36,045 nucleotides of DNA from a virus. The position numbers and the translations under genes are program-made. Within the stretch, counting starts at the first letter, position 1. Each line of letters begins with the position of its first letter. Location of the stretch: positions 1-36,045 of IMG/VR virus record IMGVR_UViG_3300031965_000093; one strand, given 5' to 3'. This document shows, piece by piece, positions 1 to 7,780 of the stretch. The notes beneath the pieces are model-generated. The model saw nothing but the letters and a program-made list of their open reading frames with translations, made no database searches and was not told where the DNA came from.

Positions 1-127
1 CCAGAATTTAAAACAGTCGCAGAAGCAATGGCGTGGAAAGGAAGTGATGACGAAAACATTATTAGCCCAGAAGATTGGAAAAATTGTATTCCACTTTTGG
101 ATGAGAGTTAATAACAAATAAATAATA
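1..127. repeat. Terminal overlap copy A, identical to 35919-36045. Bases 1-111 are the 3' end (TAA at 109-111) of the CDS 34647-36029.
   Basis: Both termini read ccagaatttaaaacagtcgc...gagagttaataacaaataaataata. I compared them base by base by eye. Confidence 0.9.
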
Positions 128-243
128 TGAAAGAAGAAATAAAAAGAATAAGAATAATGTTAGATATAGCTTTAATGGATAACAAAGAAATGTTAGAAGA
201 AAACATTAAGAATATTATAAATAAATTAAAACAAAAGAAATAA
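127..243 (+). CDS. Small hypothetical protein (38 aa, MKEEIKRIRIMLDIALMDNKEMLEENIKNIINKLKQKK)
   Basis: Below the ORF-track cutoff. ATG at 127 is preceded by the conserved junction string TAACAAATAAATAATATG, also found at 10579-10596. TAA at 241-243. Confidence 0.3.
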   Translation: MKEEIKRIRIMLDIALMDNKEMLEENIKNIINKLKQKK

Positions 244-272
244 TATTATAAGCTAATCAAATAAATAATATG
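234..272. repeat. 39-bp perfect direct repeat, copy 1 (copy 2 at 31674-31712)
   Basis: aaagaaataatattataagctaatcaaataaataatatg occurs at both sites. Here the terminal ATG opens only a 9-codon ORF. Confidence 0.85.
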
Positions 273-302
273 CAAACTATCCCCACATTATTAATTTAAT
301 AG

Positions 303-324
303 TTGCCAGTAATATGGTAACATA
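303..324 (+). promoter_or_regulatory. Promoter-like 22-nt element TTGCCAGTAATATGGTAACATA (paralogue at 33484-33505)
   Basis: 21/22 identical to the second copy. It starts with a -35-like hexamer, contains TGGTAACAT (extended -10-like), and ends 5 nt before the ATG at 330. Confidence 0.45.
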
Positions 325-329
325 AGAAT

Positions 330-578
330 ATGATTAAAAAAGATAAAATGTATTGTTTATCTGAAATGGTAGACGAAAAAATGTTTAATTGGATAAGCGA
401 TTATAAGTCTTATAGAAATTTAGTTGAAAAAGATTTTTTTAAAGAAAATATTTTACAGACGGAAACCACAGGTACAGGAGTTGGTAAAAGATATTACATA
501 AAAGGTCGAAATATTATTAAATTTATAAATAAATACGGCGATGGATTATCGCTAAGAAAAACCAATGAAAAAAAATAA
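330..578 (+). CDS. Hypothetical early protein (82 aa)
   Basis: ORF directly after the promoter-like element and overlapping the next gene start. No family motif recognised. An alternative start exists at M7 (348). Confidence 0.5.
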   Translation: MIKKDKMYCLSEMVDEKMFNWISDYKSYRNLVEKDFFKENILQTETTGTGVGKRYYIKGRNIIKFINKYGDGLSLRKTNEKK

Positions 579-1314
579 ACCAAAAATTAGAGAACATAAA
601 GAGATTCAAGTTTCAGAACCGAGAGAGATAACACAAGTAGAAACTTTTATATCTCAAGCGATCGCAAACAACGTCCCAGTTGAAACAATGGAAAAATTGC
701 TTGCTATGAGAAAAGAATTAAAGCAAGAAAGAGCAAAGGAATTATTTGATGAGTCTATGTCGGGATTTCAGGGAGAATGTCCTATTATTAAGAAAGGAAA
801 AGACGGAGGTAAAACAAAAGGAGGAATGGTTGCTTATAGATATGCCCCTCTTGATTCAATAGTAAGGCAAACTAAAGACTTGATTAAAAAACACGGATTT
901 AGTTATTCAATACAAACTCAAACAGGGGAAGGTAAGGTATCAGTAACCTGTAAAGTAAAACATGTTGCTGGGCATAGTGAAGAAAGCTCGGTTGAAGTAC
1001 CTTTGGGGGCAAATACAGGTATAATGTCTAGCTCTCAAGTGGTTGCTTCTGCATTAACTTTTGCTAAGAGATATGCTTTCAGTAATGCTTTCGGAATACT
1101 AACAAGCGATGATGATGATGATGCAAACGAAACCAAAAAAGCTGATAAAAAAGTTTATTCAAATGCTGAAAAACTTTATGGAGTTATTGTTAAGGAAGAA
1201 GATCTCGATAAACTAATCGAGTATTCAGAAAAAATTAAAGTTTCAGAACTTTACAACAAAGAAGAAAAGAAAATGTTACAAGACTTAATAACAAGTAAAA
1301 TAGACCATGATTAA
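565..1314 (+). CDS. erf: ERF-family single-strand annealing protein
   Basis: Motifs VAYRYAPLDSIV, HGFSYSIQT and ALTFAKRYAFSNAFGIL followed by DDDDD. This layout is typical of the ERF superfamily, and the gene is adjacent to an exonuclease. Confidence 0.8.
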   Translation: MKKNKPKIREHKEIQVSEPREITQVETFISQAIANNVPVETMEKLLAMRKELKQERAKELFDESMSGFQGECPIIKKGKDGGKTKGGMVAYRYAPLDSIVRQTKDLIKKHGFSYSIQTQTGEGKVSVTCKVKHVAGHSEESSVEVPLGANTGIMSSSQVVASALTFAKRYAFSNAFGILTSDDDDDANETKKADKKVYSNAEKLYGVIVKEEDLDKLIEYSEKIKVSELYNKEEKKMLQDLITSKIDHD

Positions 1315-1927
1315 AATTCACGATGTAGATCAAAGATCGACTGAATGGTTTGATCTAAGAAAAAAATACCCTCTAACAGCCAGCAAAGGATTAGCAATAG
1401 CAACTAATGGTTCTGGGCTTGAAACTCTTTGTTGGGAATCAGTTGTTAAAAGAATGTCTTTAAATGATGAATTTTCTTATACTAACGACAATACGGAAAG
1501 AGGAAATGAACTAGAGCAAGATGCTTTAGCCGTTTACGAGCTAGAAACAGGCAACACGGTTGGAATAATCGGATTTATAACTGATGAAGATATTTCAAAA
1601 GTCGGTGGTGCAAGTCCTGATGGCTGGATAGGAGAAGACGGTAATTTAGAAATAAAATGTCCGAGTGATGTTAAGTTTCTAAAACTTCTCGCTGAATACA
1701 AACAAACAGGAACTGTTAAAGTAGAAAGTGGGTACTATAACCAAATGCAAATGCAAATGCTATTCGGTAATAGAAAGTGGACTGATTATGTAATGTTTAA
1801 CCCAAACTTTAAAGAAAATATAATCATCGTCAGAGTATTAACAGACCCAGTTACTTTTGAAAAAATAAAAATCGGACTAAAAAAAGGTGAAGAAATTATC
1901 AACGAAATTGAGAATAAATTAAAATAA
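1307..1927 (+). CDS. YqaJ-like (lambda-exonuclease fold, PD-(D/E)XK) recombination exonuclease
   Basis: N-terminal QRSTEWFDLRKKYPLTASK, then ASPDG...LEIKCP (D...E-x-K). It overlaps the annealase gene. Confidence 0.85.
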   Translation: MIKIHDVDQRSTEWFDLRKKYPLTASKGLAIATNGSGLETLCWESVVKRMSLNDEFSYTNDNTERGNELEQDALAVYELETGNTVGIIGFITDEDISKVGGASPDGWIGEDGNLEIKCPSDVKFLKLLAEYKQTGTVKVESGYYNQMQMQMLFGNRKWTDYVMFNPNFKENIIIVRVLTDPVTFEKIKIGLKKGEEIINEIENKLK

Positions 1928-1929
1928 TT

Positions 1930-2820
1930 ATGTCAGAAGAAATTAAATTAAATGAGGAAGATGTAACCAATGCAGTCGCAACTATATCGAAGTTTGATGA
2001 GATGAAATTATCTATATTAGAAATGGTATCAAAATATACTGCTATCAAATGCGATGATATTAAAAAAGCAGAGCAGATTATTGAAGCGACTAAAGGTAAA
2101 AAGGAGTTAAGAAAATTTGAGATTGATAATATAGAAAAGCCCGGGAAAGGAGCTAGAGATATATTTACTCAAGTTAATCGAGTTATTATGGCAGGTCAAA
2201 AAGAATTACTTGCTATAACAAACCCAGAAGTAGAAAGACTAGAGGCATTCATAAAGGAAGCAGATGATTTTAAAATCAAAGAAGAACGAAGACAATTACT
2301 TCCTTGGAGAAAAGAACAAATTTCTAAAATTGGTGATAAGGAATATATCACAAAAGATAGTAGATTTTATCTTGGCGATGATTACGAAACTGAATTGGCT
2401 TTGCTAGAAATGGACAACGATAAATTTACCGAATATCTTACTGGAAGACAAGAAAACAAAATTCAAGAAGACAAAAGACAGGCAGATTTAAAAGAAGCCG
2501 AAGAAAGAGGAAGAAAAGAAGCCGAAGAAAAAGCCAAAGCTGATGCAGAGGCAGAAAAAATAAAAGCAGAAAAAGAAAAAGAAGAAGCAATTACAAAAGT
2601 AAAACAAGAAGCAGAAGATCAGAAAAGAAAAGAGAAGGAAGACAACGAAAGAAAGGAAAAAGAAGCAAAAGAAGAAGAAGAAAAACTTTCTAAGAAAAAG
2701 AAATACCAAAAGTTCCTTGCTGATAATGGATATACAGAAGAAAACAAAGATGATTTTATTGCAAAAGATTTAGGCGATACGGTTGTCCTTTACAAAAAAG
2801 TTGGAGAGTTTAAAAAATAA
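1930..2820 (+). CDS. Hypothetical protein with a long Lys/Glu-rich coiled-coil segment
   Basis: 296-aa ORF. The purine-rich tract at about 2460-2700 encodes KEAEERGRKEAEEKAKADAEAEKIKAEKEKEE... No catalytic motif seen. Confidence 0.6.
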   Translation: MSEEIKLNEEDVTNAVATISKFDEMKLSILEMVSKYTAIKCDDIKKAEQIIEATKGKKELRKFEIDNIEKPGKGARDIFTQVNRVIMAGQKELLAITNPEVERLEAFIKEADDFKIKEERRQLLPWRKEQISKIGDKEYITKDSRFYLGDDYETELALLEMDNDKFTEYLTGRQENKIQEDKRQADLKEAEERGRKEAEEKAKADAEAEKIKAEKEKEEAITKVKQEAEDQKRKEKEDNERKEKEAKEEEEKLSKKKKYQKFLADNGYTEENKDDFIAKDLGDTVVLYKKVGEFKK

Positions 2821-3149
2821 TGAGAAAAATATCAAGTAAGGTAAAAAAAGAATTAGAAATAGAACCTGATGTTTGTGCTAGAGAAGAAGACGGTGATTGT
2901 GATGGTAGGATAACTTGGGAGCATACCATTATCTTTGCAGGCAGACAATTAGATAAGACTTGGGCGATTATTAAACTTTGTGAATACCACCATTCTGTAA
3001 ATAAATATCAGGATGGTGGAGATTTACAAAAAGATAAAAATGTTTGGATAGCTCTAAACAGGGCAACTGATGAAGAACTAACAGAAATAAGCAAAGCCAT
3101 AGATTATATAGAACTACGAAAAAGATTAAATGAAAAATACAATAATTAA
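2820..3149 (+). CDS. Cys/His-rich small protein, possible HNH/zinc-finger type nuclease
   Basis: C-x8-C-x-G-x4-W-E-H ... C-E-Y-H-H spacing (CAREEDGDCDGRITWEH...LCEYHHSV). The assignment is tentative. Confidence 0.35.
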   Translation: MRKISSKVKKELEIEPDVCAREEDGDCDGRITWEHTIIFAGRQLDKTWAIIKLCEYHHSVNKYQDGGDLQKDKNVWIALNRATDEELTEISKAIDYIELRKRLNEKYNN

Positions 3150-3492
3150 AATGCCAATACCCGAAAAGATTTCTTTAAATGTTGCTTTACGGAAAAATAA
3201 ATTTTGGCTAAATAGAAAAAAAGATTTGTATTATAAATATGTTCTTGCTCACTTGAGAAATTTAAAAATAAAACCTATCAATGAAAACCTATACCCGATT
3301 GATTTAATTTTTGTGTATACATTCAAAGGTAAAACTCTCGACACAACAAACTGCGGATTTATGTCTAAATTGATTGAAGACGGGTTTAGAGATTCAGGGT
3401 TTCTAAAAAACGATGATTTAAGATATGTAGAATCATCAAAAAACATTGTTAAAAAAGGTAAAATTGATGAGGTAAAAATAATTATAAAATGA
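3130..3492 (+). CDS. rusA: RusA-like Holliday-junction resolvase
   Basis: LDTTNCGFMSKLIEDGFRDSGFLKNDDLRYV matches the RusA D-x-D-N...K...D...DD pattern. The size (about 115 aa) fits. An alternative start exists at 3151. Confidence 0.55.
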   Translation: MKNTIIKMPIPEKISLNVALRKNKFWLNRKKDLYYKYVLAHLRNLKIKPINENLYPIDLIFVYTFKGKTLDTTNCGFMSKLIEDGFRDSGFLKNDDLRYVESSKNIVKKGKIDEVKIIIK

Positions 3493-4064
3493 AAACCCAA
3501 TTATTCGCACAAAAAAAGGGATATAAAATAATTCAAGATGACCATTTAAAAATGGATTTAGTGGAATGGCCAGACGGAACAGTAATAATGAAACCATACG
3601 AAAAAGAAAGTATGGAAGAAAGAAGATTTTTTGAAGGTCCATTAAAACAATACTGGTTTCTCCAAATTGGTATTGGAAATCACGAAACCTATGTTGATGC
3701 AAGAGAAGAAATGAAAGAACAGTTTAACACAGGATATAGGAGAGATAAGAATGGAGAATTAAAAACATACGGTAAAAGTACCAAAGGTCTATCAAATAAG
3801 GGTTTTAGAGAGTTTCTAGGGCGTATAGAGAGATATTTCGAGGAGAATGGATACATATACCCAAACAGCGAAGATTATAACAGGTGGGTCAATTCTGCCC
3901 CTCTCAAGGGGGAATTATACCCGAGGATAATACCGTTAGTTAGAAATTACATCATAATGTTAAATGAGGTCGATAAAGAAAAATACAAAAAATGGGTGAA
4001 AATAAATAATAAATTAATTCAAAATTGTATTAATCAATCTAAAAAATATGGAAAAATTAATTAA
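3489..4064 (+). CDS. Hypothetical protein (191 aa)
   Basis: Long ORF with an ATGA-type overlap with rusA. No family recognised. Confidence 0.6.
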   Translation: MKTQLFAQKKGYKIIQDDHLKMDLVEWPDGTVIMKPYEKESMEERRFFEGPLKQYWFLQIGIGNHETYVDAREEMKEQFNTGYRRDKNGELKTYGKSTKGLSNKGFREFLGRIERYFEENGYIYPNSEDYNRWVNSAPLKGELYPRIIPLVRNYIIMLNEVDKEKYKKWVKINNKLIQNCINQSKKYGKIN

Positions 4065-4281
4065 TAAACCAACTCAGTGTGACAAGATTTTAAAAGTACT
4101 AGAAGATAATACAGGAGAATGGGTAAATGGTAGATATTTTGTCCAGACTATGATGATAAGCCAATACCACGCAAGAATATTTGAGTTACAAGATAAAGGT
4201 TACAACATAGAATCCAGTGAATTTAAAGATGATTTTGGTTTCAAATCATACCGCTTAAAACCATCAGAAACTTTATTTTGA
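4048..4281 (+). CDS. Small putative winged-helix DNA-binding protein
   Basis: 77 aa. KILKVLEDNTGEWVNGRYF...ISQYHARIFELQDKGYNIES resembles a wHTH layout. Weak call. Confidence 0.35.
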   Translation: MEKLINKPTQCDKILKVLEDNTGEWVNGRYFVQTMMISQYHARIFELQDKGYNIESSEFKDDFGFKSYRLKPSETLF

Positions 4282-4373
4282 GTTATGCACATTTTAAAGT
4301 TAAATTATAAAATTTATAAAGTATAATATTAGCAATGCGAAATAAAAACAATTACAAATTAATAAAATTGTTG

Positions 4374-4453
4374 CCAAAAAAGGTATCATCGTTGCTGATT
4401 AAATTCAGGAAGTTTGTTTTTAGCTTCAAGCACAACGATGATACCTTTTTTGG
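4374..4453. terminator. Perfect 21-bp inverted repeat (4374-4394 / 4433-4453) with a 38-nt loop and A6/T6 flanks. Bidirectional terminator-like, or an origin/cruciform element.
   Basis: ccaaaaaaggtatcatcgttg ... caacgatgataccttttttgg. It lies in the 184-bp intergenic gap just upstream of the replisome-organiser gene. Confidence 0.55.
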
Positions 4454-4465
4454 TTATAAAAAAAT

Positions 4466-5176
4466 ATGAAAACTGCAATTATTAAAACCGATTTTTGGAA
4501 AGATGATAAAATCCCTGATTTAAATTCAGATACAAAGTTGCTTTATTTATGCCTCCTAACTAATCCTGATAGAAATACATCCCCAGCTTTTAAATGTAGT
4601 GACAGGATGCTTTCTGCATACACAGGATATAACAAAGATTTGATAAATATTTGCAGAAATCAATTAATAGAAAAAAAATTAATTATTTACATCAATGGTT
4701 ACTATATTTTGAATCATCAAGACTATGTTGAGCCAAAAAAAGGTAAATTGACAAAAGTAATATTAGATAAATATTTAGATGAATTACCTGAAAATATAAG
4801 GGTTAAAGCTCAAGAGATGCTCAAGAGTGGCTCTAGAGGAACTCTAGAGTATATATATAAAGATAAAGATATATATAATAATAAAGATATAAATAAGAAT
4901 AAAAACTATGAACAAAACTTCGAAAAATTTTATTCAGAATATCCAAACAAAAAATCAAAACAAAAAGCAAGAGAGAAATTCATTAAATTAAAAGTTGATG
5001 GGGAATTGATGGAAATGATAATGTCTGCTCTACGAAAACAAAAAAATACAGAACAGTGGTTAAAAGATAACGGTAAATTCATCCCACATCCAACTACTTG
5101 GTTAAATCAAGCAAGGTGGGAAGATGAGGTCGAAGATGTAAATGATTTTATTAAAAATAATACAGTAGCTTTTTAA
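4466..5176 (+). CDS. DnaD/replisome-organiser-like replication protein
   Basis: The N-terminus (IKTDFWKDDKI...LLYLCLLTNPD) and the C-terminus (FEKFYSEYPNKKSKQKAREKF...IPHPTTWLNQARWEDE) are typical of phage replisome organiser/DnaD-like proteins. Confidence 0.5.
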   Translation: MKTAIIKTDFWKDDKIPDLNSDTKLLYLCLLTNPDRNTSPAFKCSDRMLSAYTGYNKDLINICRNQLIEKKLIIYINGYYILNHQDYVEPKKGKLTKVILDKYLDELPENIRVKAQEMLKSGSRGTLEYIYKDKDIYNNKDINKNKNYEQNFEKFYSEYPNKKSKQKAREKFIKLKVDGELMEMIMSALRKQKNTEQWLKDNGKFIPHPTTWLNQARWEDEVEDVNDFIKNNTVAF

Positions 5177-5177
5177 T

Positions 5178-5771
5178 ATGTCAATTAAAATAATTTTAAA
5201 AGGTTTTATAAAAATTCAAGGAGTTGGCGGATGGACAGAAGTTGATATTGATTCTTTAAAACGATTTGAATTTGATAGAAATAATAATTACGAAAAAATA
5301 AAAAATAAAGATGTTGTGTTCGGAAAAATAGGAACTGAAACATATCGTAGAGTAAATGAATCGAGAATCTTGGATGCAAAATTTGAAAATGAAAAAGTAG
5401 AAATTGAAAATAAATATAGTAATGATCATGTAAATCAAATTAGAATAGATTATAAAAAATATTGGATTGAAAGAGTTAAATTATCACACACACAAAAAGC
5501 AGAAAATTTAACAATATTTAATTTTATTTATAAAATAGTTTTCGATGGGAAAGAACCAACACCGGAAGAAAAAAAAGAAGCAATAAAAATACAGACATCT
5601 TTTTTCAAAGAAAATAATACAAGGATAACACCGAATCCAACAATTTTTAGAAAAATGTTTCCGAAAGATATGCCATTGAATATTTGGAAATCAGCAGGGT
5701 TTAAATTGATTGAAAAAGTAATTATTTCAGATAAAGTGCAATGTCGTTATTATCAAAATGTAAATAACTAA
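5178..5771 (+). CDS. Hypothetical protein (197 aa)
   Basis: Long ORF one base after the preceding stop. No family recognised. Confidence 0.6.
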   Translation: MSIKIILKGFIKIQGVGGWTEVDIDSLKRFEFDRNNNYEKIKNKDVVFGKIGTETYRRVNESRILDAKFENEKVEIENKYSNDHVNQIRIDYKKYWIERVKLSHTQKAENLTIFNFIYKIVFDGKEPTPEEKKEAIKIQTSFFKENNTRITPNPTIFRKMFPKDMPLNIWKSAGFKLIEKVIISDKVQCRYYQNVNN

Positions 5772-5833
5772 TAAGAAAAATTATTAATTTAAAAAATATC
5801 CACATTTTGCAGGTTAAAAAATAATCAAAAAAA

Positions 5834-5842
5834 TGTTATAAT
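5834..5842 (+). promoter_or_regulatory. Extended -10 promoter element TGTTATAAT
   Basis: Perfect TGnTATAAT in an intergenic gap. The same 9-mer, also preceded by TTAAAAAATAA, recurs at 33365-33373. Confidence 0.5.
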
Positions 5843-5858
5843 GTATAAAAATAAACCA

Positions 5859-6095
5859 ATGGAAAATATAGATAAAATAGAAAAAATATTGTTAGCAAGT
5901 GATATTCTCTTTTCAAGAAAAGAAGATTTGATAACGATTGAATACAAAGAATGTAATAATTTCAATGAATTATTAAATTTAATAGGGTCTTTTATCTTGA
6001 ATGGTTTTTCTATAACAACAAACGGTAAAATAGAAAAAGATTTTAGTTTAAAAATAAACAACAAATTATTAATTAAATGGTACTACAATGAATAA
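5859..6095 (+). CDS. Hypothetical small protein, first gene of the glycan island
   Basis: The track ORF starts at 5841, but that ATG overlaps the -10 box. The in-frame ATG at 5859 (MENIDKIEK...) is more plausible. It overlaps the next gene by 8 nt. Confidence 0.45.
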   Translation: MENIDKIEKILLASDILFSRKEDLITIEYKECNNFNELLNLIGSFILNGFSITTNGKIEKDFSLKINNKLLIKWYYNE

Positions 6096-7203
6096 AAAAG
6101 TTTTAATTTTGGGAAGCTCTGGTTATATAGGAAATGCTCTTTTTGAATATTTACAAAATAAAGGATATGAAGTTAAGGGTGTTGATAATCAAATGAGAGA
6201 AAAAAATGTTGAATCAATCGGATCTAAGTCTATAACAAATAAAAAATATTTTCCTTTTCATCTTTTGGATATTGTAGAAGATAAAGATGATTTTAATTTG
6301 CTTATAAAAACATTTAAACCTGATGTAATTGTAAATCTAGCACACCAACCATCTGCTCCTTTTTCAATGATTGATTCTAAACACGCAATGGAAACTCAAA
6401 AAAATAATATTTTAGGGACTCTAAGTGTTTTATATGCCATAAAAGAGTATTGCCCTGATGCACATTTAATCCAACTAGGAACAGAGGGTGAATATTCTGC
6501 TGATTTATGGGATGGGAAAAAAATACCAGAGGGGAGCATAATGAAAGTATTTTTACCGAAAGAAAATATTGAATTTGACCAAGATAATTATGATGAGTGG
6601 GAAATCCCAACACCTCGCTACGGGGGAAGTTTCTACCACTTCTCAAAAATATATTCAGATTACAACATAGATTACGCTTGCAAACTTTGGGGAATAAAAG
6701 CAACAAATATTCAACAAGGAGTAATTTATTCTCACAGGTATAACACTAGACTTGATGTAGATAACTGGTTTGGAACAATAATTAATCGTTTTGTTGCACA
6801 GGCCGTATTGGGTATGCCATTAACAGTTTACGGAACAGGAGGACAAACAAGAGGATTTATTTGTTTACAAAACTCTCTTGAAGCCATTGAATTATTTATT
6901 GAAAACCCTGCCGACAAAGGAGAATTTAGAGTAATACACCAATCCACGGAGTCTTTGAATGTAATGGATATTGCAAAAATGATTCAGGAAAAAACTGGAT
7001 GTGAAATAAAATGTATTGAAAATCCTAGGATGGAAAAAGATAAAAATAATTTCACTTTTGACACTAGCACACTTGATAACCTAGGATTAAAACGTATTAA
7101 ATTTGAAGATGAGTTGCCTCATTTAATTAAAGTAATGGAAGAAAATAAAAATAATATTATCAAGGATGCTTTATCAATAGAAACATTAACAAAATGGAAA
7201 TAA
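6088..7203 (+). CDS. SQD1/SqdB/Agl3-like extended SDR (UDP-sulfoquinovose synthase homologue)
   Basis: GSSGYIGN Rossmann motif, VDNQMRE...SIGSKSIT, QPSAPFSMID, GTEGEYS, SFYHFSK (Y-H-x-x-K), WGIKATNIQQGVIYS, PLTVYGTGGQTRGF, GEFRV. These line up closely with plant SQD1 as I recall it. Confidence 0.8.
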   Translation: MNKKVLILGSSGYIGNALFEYLQNKGYEVKGVDNQMREKNVESIGSKSITNKKYFPFHLLDIVEDKDDFNLLIKTFKPDVIVNLAHQPSAPFSMIDSKHAMETQKNNILGTLSVLYAIKEYCPDAHLIQLGTEGEYSADLWDGKKIPEGSIMKVFLPKENIEFDQDNYDEWEIPTPRYGGSFYHFSKIYSDYNIDYACKLWGIKATNIQQGVIYSHRYNTRLDVDNWFGTIINRFVAQAVLGMPLTVYGTGGQTRGFICLQNSLEAIELFIENPADKGEFRVIHQSTESLNVMDIAKMIQEKTGCEIKCIENPRMEKDKNNFTFDTSTLDNLGLKRIKFEDELPHLIKVMEENKNNIIKDALSIETLTKWK

Positions 7204-7207
7204 AATT

Positions 7208-7780
7208 ATGAACGAAAAATATTGGCCAGAGTTTTATAAGAATAAAGAAATAAATAAACCTAGCGAATTTGCATTTTTTTGTTTCATGAATTTTTTAATC
7301 AAAAGAGAATACGACAATATCAGATTATTAGAAGTAGGGGCTGGGGATGGTAGGGATACAAAATTATTTTCACGGCACATTGAAGATTTGACAGTTATTG
7401 AACCAAACAATGAAAATGTAGAAAATATAGGTTGTATGTACCATAAAAAAAAATTTGAAAATTTTGAAAAAATATATCATGGGGTTAGATTTGATTATAT
7501 TTATGCACGGTGGTTTTTACATGCTGTATCGAAAGATGTTGAAGATAAATTAATCGATTTCGCCATAAAAAATAATTCGATTATAATGCTCGAATTTAGA
7601 ATTATAGGAGATAAACCTGATTATACCCACGAAAGAAGATTGATTGATTTAGAAAAGTTTATAAAAAAATTATTAGATAAAGGATTTGTTATAAAACATT
7701 TAGAAAAAGGAAAGGGGTTATCTAAGGTCGGAGATAATGACCCTTTATTAGCAAGAGTAATAGCAGAATACAATGGTTAA
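7208..7780 (+). CDS. Class I SAM-dependent methyltransferase
   Basis: Motif I LLEVGAGDGRDTKLF followed by an acidic loop VIEP. 190 aa. Confidence 0.6.
   Translation: MNEKYWPEFYKNKEINKPSEFAFFCFMNFLIKREYDNIRLLEVGAGDGRDTKLFSRHIEDLTVIEPNNENVENIGCMYHKKKFENFEKIYHGVRFDYIYARWFLHAVSKDVEDKLIDFAIKNNSIIMLEFRIIGDKPDYTHERRLIDLEKFIKKLLDKGFVIKHLEKGKGLSKVGDNDPLLARVIAEYNG

Noticed and set aside
2488-2709. Minus-strand 73-aa ORF rich in Phe
   Set aside because: It is the antisense reading of the purine-rich GAA/AAG tract encoding the Lys/Glu coiled coil of 1930-2820. It is a low-complexity artefact.
3249-3702. Minus-strand ORFs 3249-3500 and 3436-3702
   Set aside because: They lie fully inside well-supported + strand genes. 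Their Phe/Leu/Ile-rich composition is typical of antisense frames in AT-rich DNA.
5256-6064. Minus-strand ORFs 5256-5438 and 5825-6064
   Set aside because: They are antisense to + strand ORFs, have low-complexity hydrophobic translations, and have no start context.
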